Shown here piece by piece: positions 9,417-16,074 of a DNA stretch of 64,000 nt. The notes under the pieces are model-generated. The model did no database searches, was not told the origin of the DNA, and was given only the letters and a program-made list of their open reading frames with translations. This stretch comes from an uncultured Pelagibacteraceae bacterium. Its GTDB lineage: Bacteria > Pseudomonadota > Alphaproteobacteria > Pelagibacterales > Pelagibacteraceae. Positions within the stretch are counted from its first letter, which is position 1. Each line of letters begins with the position of its first letter. The position numbers and the translations under genes are program-made. The stretch lies in the NCBI GenBank assembly GCA_902555065.1, contig CACDQQ010000003.1:130467-194466 (forward strand). The letters run 5' to 3'.

Positions 9417-10073
9417 ATGACATTTTGCCTTGAATCAACAATTATAAAACCTGAAAATGGGTCTGACATCAAAAATGCAGTAATTTTACTTCATGGATAT
9501 GGTGGTGATGGAAAAGATATAAGTATGTTAACTCTGAATTGGAAAAGGTTTTTAACTAACACAGTATTCTTATGTCCGAATGGACATGAACCATGTAAAA
9601 TTAATCCAATTGGTTATCAATGGTTTGATTTAGAGACAAATGATAAAAATTATATTTTAAATGAGGTAAAAAAAGCTGAGGATAAATTAAGAAAATACAT
9701 TGAAGAAGTTAAAGCAGAATATAATTTGGAAAATTCAAAGATATGTTTATCCGGATTTAGTCAGGGTTGCATGATGTCAATAAACTTGGGCTTAACTTCT
9801 AAAGATCCCTTTAATTGTATCGTTGGATTTTCTGGAAAGATTATAGATAAAGATGATCTTAGTTTAAGATTAATTTCTAAAACAAAAACTTTGTTAATTC
9901 ATGGTGAAAAAGATGAAATAGTTCCACCCTACAATTTATTGGAAGCAAAAGATTTTTTTACACGCAACAATATTAGTATAGAAACTTTAATGATCAAAGA
10001 CTGCGACCATCATATACCAGTTGAAGCTTCAAGTAATGCATTAAAATTTATCAAAGATAATTTTGATATTTAA
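9417..10073 (+). CDS. Phospholipase/carboxylesterase (alpha/beta hydrolase)
   Basis: LLHGYG, GFSQG nucleophile motif, HGEKDEIVP, late His. Confidence 0.88.
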   Translation: MTFCLESTIIKPENGSDIKNAVILLHGYGGDGKDISMLTLNWKRFLTNTVFLCPNGHEPCKINPIGYQWFDLETNDKNYILNEVKKAEDKLRKYIEEVKAEYNLENSKICLSGFSQGCMMSINLGLTSKDPFNCIVGFSGKIIDKDDLSLRLISKTKTLLIHGEKDEIVPPYNLLEAKDFFTRNNISIETLMIKDCDHHIPVEASSNALKFIKDNFDI

Positions 10074-10131
10074 AGAGAAATAACTTTTTTGTTACATTGA
10101 TTAATATTAACATATAATATATTGAATAATT

Positions 10132-10704
10132 ATGACTTTATTGATCAATGAAAACCTTTCACTCGAAAAATGTCCGGCTCTAGTTCTTAACGCAGATTAT
10201 AGACCATTAAGTTATTATCCTTTATCATTATGGTCATGGCAAGACGCTATTAAATCTGTATTTTTAGATAGAGTCTCAATTGTAAGTCATTATGATAGAA
10301 TGATAAGAAGCCCATCATTCTCTATGCAGTTACCGAGTGTTATTGCATTAAAATCTTTTATAAAGCCTCGTTCAAATCCAAATTTTACAAGATTTAATGT
10401 TTTTCTCAGAGATAAGTTTAGTTGTCAGTATTGCGGAAGTAATGATGAACTAACTTTTGACCATCTTCTTCCAAGATCAAAAGGAGGGAAAACTGATTGG
10501 GAAAACGTTGTTACTGCTTGTTCAGCATGCAATGTAAAGAAAGGTGGAAGATTACTAAAAAATTCAGGAATGAAATTAAATCAATGGCCTTTTCAACCAA
10601 CAACAGAAGATCTTCACAGAAATGGGAAGAATTTTCCTCCTAATTTTCTCCATAGTAGTTGGATGGATTACTTATATTGGGATGTGGAATTAGATCCCAG
10701 TTAA
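10132..10704 (+). CDS. HNH endonuclease (conserved alphaproteobacterial family)
   Basis: RDKFSCQYCG, TFDHLLPRSKGG, WENVVTACSACNVKKG. Confidence 0.92.
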   Translation: MTLLINENLSLEKCPALVLNADYRPLSYYPLSLWSWQDAIKSVFLDRVSIVSHYDRMIRSPSFSMQLPSVIALKSFIKPRSNPNFTRFNVFLRDKFSCQYCGSNDELTFDHLLPRSKGGKTDWENVVTACSACNVKKGGRLLKNSGMKLNQWPFQPTTEDLHRNGKNFPPNFLHSSWMDYLYWDVELDPS

Positions 10705-11234
10705 ATTTTCTCAGAGATATTTATAGCAATTTTTGAGCCAGTTTTAATAATTTTATCCATTACTGAATATAATCCTTTTTTTGTTGCTCCATGCATATAG
10801 GCAATATCTTTATGTTCTAATTCATCAGCTCTAAATTTTTTAATTTTTTCTCTAAGTTTTTTCTCATCATCTTGTAATTGATCTATTTGACTTTGATAAT
10901 GTTTATCAATTACTTCTTCAACAGAGGCTGTACATAGCATTGATGCTTTTTTTCCTAATATTGTTGAGCCAAAACCCAAACCCACTCCCAATAGATCCCA
11001 TAGTGGTAAAAATTTTGTTGGTTTTATATTTCTTTCTCTAATTTCATTTTCAAAAAAATCACTATGTTCCTGCTCATGCTCTCTCATTTCTTCTACTAAT
11101 TTTAGTAGTTCAGGATCCTTTTTAAATGTTTTAAGTGCTAAAAGTTGACCTTCATATATTTTAATTGCACCTCTTTCTCCAGCGTGATCAACTCTAATAA
11201 ATTCTTCTAATTTTTTTTTGTTAGTTTTTTTCAT
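10701..11234 (-). CDS. coq7: Demethoxyubiquinone hydroxylase (di-iron Coq7)
   Basis: IRVDHAGERGAIKIYEGQ, EQEH, VEEVIDKHY, DELEH di-iron ligands. The ATG at 11234 is preferred over 11240. Confidence 0.93.
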   Translation of the reverse strand: MKKTNKKKLEEFIRVDHAGERGAIKIYEGQLLALKTFKKDPELLKLVEEMREHEQEHSDFFENEIRERNIKPTKFLPLWDLLGVGLGFGSTILGKKASMLCTASVEEVIDKHYQSQIDQLQDDEKKLREKIKKFRADELEHKDIAYMHGATKKGLYSVMDKIIKTGSKIAINISEKI

Positions 11235-11694
11235 AAACAAGAGCTCTTAGCGAAAATAATACAATTAGTAAAGATGTTAAAAAGTTTAATCCAGATAAAG
11301 AGATGCCTAAAATATTGAACTCAACATCTTTACAATTTTTAACCATTCCAAGACTTTTGATTATTTTTTCTTTATTTGTGACATCTATATTTGTGTTTGT
11401 GCAACCACCATATTCTTCAAAAATGCTATTTTCTATACCAAAATGATAACCTGCTAGAGCAGTGCTAAGTGTGAATGTAATAATTAATGCAATTAATATT
11501 CTATCAGATTTAAAATAATTATATCCCAGAAAGCAAATGAAGATTGCCGCTAAAAAAGGAATTCTTTGATAAATGCATAACTTACATGGTAAAAACCCAA
11601 GAACTTTCTCTATATAGATTGCAGATAGTAAAGCAATAATTGAGTATAGAAAAATAAATAAATAAATATTTTTTCTTTTTAAAACGAAATTCAT
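11221..11694 (-). CDS. dsbB: Disulfide bond formation protein B family
   Basis: PCKLCIYQR motif, four TM segments, second Cys pair. Confidence 0.85.
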   Translation of the reverse strand: MNFVLKRKNIYLFIFLYSIIALLSAIYIEKVLGFLPCKLCIYQRIPFLAAIFICFLGYNYFKSDRILIALIITFTLSTALAGYHFGIENSIFEEYGGCTNTNIDVTNKEKIIKSLGMVKNCKDVEFNILGISLSGLNFLTSLLIVLFSLRALVYEKN

Positions 11695-11695
11695 T

Positions 11696-12304
11696 TTAGT
11701 TCATAAAGTTTTGTAAAAATTTATAAATTAAATAGGCAAAAATTATTAACACAATTGAGACTATAATTGAAACTTTAAGCAGTTTTTTTTCAATTATTGT
11801 TTTCATAGCTGGACCAAAATTTCCGACCAAAAAAGCTATAATAAAAAATCTAGACCCCCTTGTCAGTAAAGAGACAATTATAAAATAAAAAATATTAAAT
11901 TGAACAAACCCGCTAGTTATTGTGAGTAATTTAAATGGGATAGGTGTAAAACCTGCGATCGCTAATAATGTTGCCCATGCAAAAACTCCTCCATCTGATG
12001 AAATTTTATCTTTTAAAAATGAGGTATTATCTACACCGTAAAGTTCAAAAATCTTTATACCAATTTCATTAAAGAAAACATATCCTATGAAATATCCCAA
12101 GCATGCTCCTAAAACTGATCCTGTCGTAGCAATAATTGCTATCTTCATCCATCTTTGTCTGTCGGCAATAGTCATTGGAATAATAAGAACATCTGGTGGA
12201 ACAGGAAATATGAAACTCTCAATAAATGATATAAAACCCAAAATTTTTTTCGAATTTTTATGTCCTGCAAGTTTAATTGTTTTATTAAAAAGTTCCTTAA
12301 ACAT
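11696..12304 (-). CDS. DedA/YqaA family membrane protein
   Basis: SFIESFIFPVPPD, GSVLGA, FTPIPFK, RGSRFF. Confidence 0.88.
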   Translation of the reverse strand: MFKELFNKTIKLAGHKNSKKILGFISFIESFIFPVPPDVLIIPMTIADRQRWMKIAIIATTGSVLGACLGYFIGYVFFNEIGIKIFELYGVDNTSFLKDKISSDGGVFAWATLLAIAGFTPIPFKLLTITSGFVQFNIFYFIIVSLLTRGSRFFIIAFLVGNFGPAMKTIIEKKLLKVSIIVSIVLIIFAYLIYKFLQNFMN

Positions 12305-12368
12305 ATTTTCTTTTAATATAAATAGTGTTTTAATACTATTATTTATATTCTATGAAAAAAAAACTGAT

Positions 12369-12455
12369 GGGCGAATGGCGGAACTGGTAGACGCGTTGGA
12401 CTCAAAATCCAATAGTAGCAATACTGTGAGAGTTCGATTCTCTCTTTGCCCACCA
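12369..12455 (+). tRNA. tRNA-Leu(CAA)
   Basis: GGGCGAA/TTTGCCC acceptor stem, anticodon arm TTGGA-CT-CAA-AA-TCCAA, long variable arm, GTTCGA T-loop, encoded CCA. Confidence 0.96.
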
Positions 12456-12463
12456 AAAAATAT

Positions 12464-14173
12464 ATGAACTTAAAGCAAATTAACAATTTAACTGAATTAT
12501 TTTTTGATCAATTTAATAAACAAGTTAATAAAGACAAAGTCTTATTGTCAACTTTAGGTGACAAAAAAAAAAATTATTCCTGGCAGGAAGCACATGATTC
12601 CATTAATTTAGTTTCTAATGAATTAAGAAAAGTAATATCAAAAGGTGATAGATGTTTGTTAATTTCTGAAAATAGACCTGAATGGTTTATAACAGACTTA
12701 TCTATTATGTTATCTGACGGAATAACTGTCCCAGCTTACACTACTTATGCAGAAAATGATTACAATTATATTCTTAATGATTGTACTCCAAGCATAATTT
12801 TTGTCTCAAACATTGAACAATTCAATAAATTGAAAAATATTATTAAGGACAAAAAATTTATAAAAAAAATATTTTCTTTTGAAAAATTACCAAATATAGA
12901 AATTGAATATGTTAATTTAGAAGAATTGATACAAAATAATAATAAAAAAAAATTACCAATTCTTAAATCTCTAGCTTCAAGAAAAGATCCATCTTGCATA
13001 ATTTATACCTCAGGCACTCAAGGAAATCCTAAAGGAGTGATTTTAAGTCATGGAGGTATCTTAAATAATTGTGAGGGTGCTATTGATATTTTAAAACCAT
13101 TGTTATCTAAAGAAGAACCCAGGTTCCTTACATGGCTTCCTCTTTCTCATTCTTACGAGCACACAGTTCAATTTGTACAAATTACTGTAGCGGCTAGAAT
13201 TTTTTATGCAGAGAGCATCGATAAATTAGTTAAAAATATGAATGATTGTTCTCCTGAAATTATGACGGCAGTACCGAGATTTTATCAAAATCTTTATCAA
13301 AAAATTAATTCAAGTTTTAAAAAAGCAACAGGATTAAAAAAAAAACTAATATTCAAAATGTTAGAATTAGGTCTAAAAAAAATAAAAAAAGAAAATTTAA
13401 CTATTTTTGAAAAAATACTTGACAGCATATTGGATAAATTAGTAAGAAAAAAAATAAAATCACAATTTGGCGGATCTCTTAAAACATTTGTTTCTGGAGG
13501 TGGTGCCCTAGATAAGGATGTTGGATATTTTCTAAATGCTATTGGTTTGCCAACTCTGCAGGGCTATGGACTAACAGAAACTTCTCCAGTGGTAAGCTGT
13601 AATCCAATAAATGACATTAGAATAGATACTGTTGGACCTCCGTTTAAGGGAAATTTAGTAAAAATAGCCGAAGATGGTGAAATTTTAGTAAAAGGTGAAA
13701 ATGTAATGTTGGGCTATTGGAATAATAAAGCAGAGACCGAAAAAGTCCTAAAAGATGGTTGGCTTCACACAGGAGACATCGGAGTATTTGAAGAAAATTT
13801 TTTAAAAATTACTGATAGAAAAAAAGACATTCTCATTACTCCTGGAGGAGATAACATTTCTCCACTAAAAATTGAGAATGAATTAGTAAATCTAGAATTT
13901 ATTGATCAAGCAGTAGTGTATGGAGACAATAAACCATATTTGGTAGCATTATTAGTTTTAAATGATGAATTTCTTAATATTACAACTGAAGAACTTAATA
14001 ACGCAATAAATAATTTAAATAATAATCTCTCAAAAATAGAAAACATTAAAAAATTTTTTTTAATAAATGAAAAATTTTCAATTGAAAATGGAATGTTAAC
14101 GCCAACATTAAAGTTAAAAAGATACAAAATTATAAATAAATATAAAAATAATTTCGAAAATCTTTATAATTAA
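12464..14173 (+). CDS. fadD: Long-chain fatty acid-CoA ligase (AMP-dependent synthetase)
   Basis: IYTSGTQGNPKG, QGYGLTE, GWLHTGD, DRKKD, LTPTLKLKR. Start moved to the ATG at 12464 because 12446 lies inside the tRNA. Confidence 0.88.
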   Translation: MNLKQINNLTELFFDQFNKQVNKDKVLLSTLGDKKKNYSWQEAHDSINLVSNELRKVISKGDRCLLISENRPEWFITDLSIMLSDGITVPAYTTYAENDYNYILNDCTPSIIFVSNIEQFNKLKNIIKDKKFIKKIFSFEKLPNIEIEYVNLEELIQNNNKKKLPILKSLASRKDPSCIIYTSGTQGNPKGVILSHGGILNNCEGAIDILKPLLSKEEPRFLTWLPLSHSYEHTVQFVQITVAARIFYAESIDKLVKNMNDCSPEIMTAVPRFYQNLYQKINSSFKKATGLKKKLIFKMLELGLKKIKKENLTIFEKILDSILDKLVRKKIKSQFGGSLKTFVSGGGALDKDVGYFLNAIGLPTLQGYGLTETSPVVSCNPINDIRIDTVGPPFKGNLVKIAEDGEILVKGENVMLGYWNNKAETEKVLKDGWLHTGDIGVFEENFLKITDRKKDILITPGGDNISPLKIENELVNLEFIDQAVVYGDNKPYLVALLVLNDEFLNITTEELNNAINNLNNNLSKIENIKKFFLINEKFSIENGMLTPTLKLKRYKIINKYKNNFENLYN

Positions 14174-14277
14174 TTGAAAAGATTTGTTTAATAACCGTTA
14201 TTTTACTTAACTTTTTTTAATCACTAATTTAATTTTTTTTTTAAAAAAAAATTATAAAAATACAAAAAATTATGTAA

Positions 14278-14306
14278 TTGACATAACTATTCAAAAAAAT
14301 TACAAA
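14278..14306 (+). promoter_or_regulatory. Putative sigma70 promoter of the basic microprotein gene
   Basis: Perfect TTGACA (14278-14283), 17 bp, TACAAA (14301-14306); long A/T tracts upstream. Confidence 0.6.
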
Positions 14307-14316
14307 AAGGTAATTA

Positions 14317-14337
14317 AACGAATCAAAAAGATTCGTT
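14317..14337. promoter_or_regulatory. Perfect inverted repeat made of two GANTC sites
   Basis: AACGAATC-AAAAA-GATTCGTT between the promoter and the SD. Confidence 0.6.
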
Positions 14338-14357
14338 ATTAAAAAAGGGAGCTAAAG

Positions 14358-14441
14358 ATGGCTAAAAGAAGAAAAAAAGCTGCTAAAAAGAAAACTAAGA
14401 AAAAAGCTAAGAAAAAAGCTAAAAAGAAAAAAAGAAGATAG
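14358..14441 (+). CDS. 27-aa Lys/Arg/Ala-rich protamine/histone-H1-like microprotein; not in the ORF track
   Basis: MAKRRKKAAKKKTKKKAKKKAKKKKRR. SD AAGGGAG lies 6 nt before the ATG, all five Ala codons are GCT, and it has its own promoter and terminator. Confidence 0.82.
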   Translation: MAKRRKKAAKKKTKKKAKKKAKKKKRR

Positions 14442-14463
14442 TTTAGTATTCTTTTTATTAAAT

Positions 14464-14501
14464 AACGCTTCTCATGGCGCTTGCGTGGGGAGCGTTTTTT
14501 T
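14464..14501 (+). terminator. Intrinsic terminator of the microprotein transcript
   Basis: 13-bp stem AACGCTTCTCATG/CGTGGGGAGCGTT ending in T7. Three G-U pairs form only on the + strand RNA. Confidence 0.85.
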
Positions 14502-15369
14502 ATTTAGCCACTTCTTCTGAAATTTCTTCTTCGGGTGGTTTGTTCTCAATTTTTTGAATTTGTTTTTCGAGATTTCTTTTTAGAGCTTTATCAAGTTTCT
14601 TTTGTGTATCTTCAAGACTTAAACTCAACACAATCTGAAATTCTGTAAGAATCCTGTCATAAGCTTTCTCAAAAAGTTGTCTTTCACTATATGACTGATC
14701 AACCATCAGATCGTCACCTTTGTTTAGATCTCTCACTACTTCTGCTAGCTCATAAATTTTTCCAGATGATATTTTTGCTTCATATTCTTGTGCCCTTCTA
14801 CTCCACATACTTCTCTTGATTTTAGGCTTACTTTTTAAAATACTTATACATTTATTTACTTGATTAATTGTAGCTAAAGGTCTTAAGTGTGATTGTTTGT
14901 TCACTGGCACCATGCCATTTGCTTTGTCTTTCTCAAATTTAAGTATATATGCCTCAATATCTATTCCTCCAATATTCATTTTTTTAAATTCTGTTATTTG
15001 TCCAACACCATGTTTTGGATAAACGACATAGTCTTTTATTTTGTAATCTTTTTTTTCCGTATCTTGTTTTTTAACTTTTTTAATTTCAGGTTTCTGTTCA
15101 CTATTTTTTGGAATACGAAGTAAGCTAGAATTATTATCTGTGTTATCTTTTTTTTCTATTTTAGTTGGTTTAGATTTTAAATTTGTATTAATAATTTTTT
15201 TTTTAATTTTAGGCTTTTTTGTCTTTTGAGTATTTTTAATTTTTTTTGACTTTAGTATTGGCTTTATTTTTTTTATTTTAGCTTTTTTTTTAACAGTATC
15301 TTTTTTAATTACTTTTTTTTTTGATTTAAATGTTTTCTTCAAAGTATTTATCAAACTTATTTTCTTCAT
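14500..15369 (-). CDS. carD: CarD/CdnL RNA polymerase-binding regulator with a Lys-rich N-terminal extension
   Basis: [28 protein letters not shown] (conserved Trp), [17 protein letters not shown]; downstream of fdxA. Start uncertain (15384, 15369 or a TTG near 15342); all candidates overlap fdxA. Confidence 0.9.
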   Translation of the reverse strand: MKKISLINTLKKTFKSKKKVIKKDTVKKKAKIKKIKPILKSKKIKNTQKTKKPKIKKKIINTNLKSKPTKIEKKDNTDNNSSLLRIPKNSEQKPEIKKVKKQDTEKKDYKIKDYVVYPKHGVGQITEFKKMNIGGIDIEAYILKFEKDKANGMVPVNKQSHLRPLATINQVNKCISILKSKPKIKRSMWSRRAQEYEAKISSGKIYELAEVVRDLNKGDDLMVDQSYSERQLFEKAYDRILTEFQIVLSLSLEDTQKKLDKALKRNLEKQIQKIENKPPEEEISEEVAK

Positions 15370-15652
15370 CTTTATATTTTTCATGGTTTGGCAGAGGTTC
15401 TTTTGCTTCAGAAATATTTGGCCATAATTCTGAGTATTTTTTATTAACTTCTAGCCATTTTTCGCTGCCTGACTCAGTGTCTGAAATTATTGCTTCAATA
15501 GGACACTCAGGTTCACAAACGCCACAATCTATACACTCATCCGGTTTAATTACAAGCATATTTTTGCCCTCGTAAAAACAATCGACAGGACATACGTCCA
15601 CGCAAGTTGTGTGCTTGCACTTGATACATTTATCATTGACTAAATATGTCAT
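15326..15652 (-). CDS. fdxA: Ferredoxin FdxA-type
   Basis: [17 protein letters not shown] and [12 protein letters not shown] Fe-S motifs; WPNI. Confidence 0.94.
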   Translation of the reverse strand: MTYLVNDKCIKCKHTTCVDVCPVDCFYEGKNMLVIKPDECIDCGVCEPECPIEAIISDTESGSEKWLEVNKKYSELWPNISEAKEPLPNHEKYKDEENKFDKYFEENI

Positions 15653-16074
15653 TGATTTGATTTGATTTTTTCTTTTATATCGCCAACAACTTTTGGATCT
15701 AGATATAATAAACCTGACAATCTCCTCATTAAATTAGATTCATAAATGTCTGCATTTTCATCTGAATAAATAATATTCCATAATGCTTCAATAACTATCT
15801 TTTTTTCTTCAACATTTTTGTTTTTTACTTCTTTTGTGAACTCTAATATTTGATTTGAATCTTTTTCTCTTGTTTCTGCTTCTTTAATTATTGCATCAAT
15901 ATTCTCATCATTGGCACCCATTTCAATTAATGCTTTTTTTATAATTAATCTTTCTTTTTCAGTAAAGTTTTCATCTATTTTAGCTGAATGAATTAGTAGA
16001 GCGGCAATACTTATTAAAGATAAATGATCCTCATCTTTTTTGTCCTCTTTTTTTCTTTTAAATAAGTTAAACAT
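15649..16074 (-). CDS. TerB-family protein
   Basis: [38 protein letters not shown]. Confidence 0.8.
   Translation of the reverse strand: MFNLFKRKKEDKKDEDHLSLISIAALLIHSAKIDENFTEKERLIIKKALIEMGANDENIDAIIKEAETREKDSNQILEFTKEVKNKNVEEKKIVIEALWNIIYSDENADIYESNLMRRLSGLLYLDPKVVGDIKEKIKSNQ

Noticed and set aside
12087-12467. 126-aa + strand ORF
   Set aside because: Antisense to the DedA gene and runs through tRNA-Leu; a shadow ORF.
14207-14244. CtrA boxes (TTAA-N7-TTAA)
   Set aside because: Spacings are 6 and 8 rather than 7, and TTAA is ubiquitous at this AT content.
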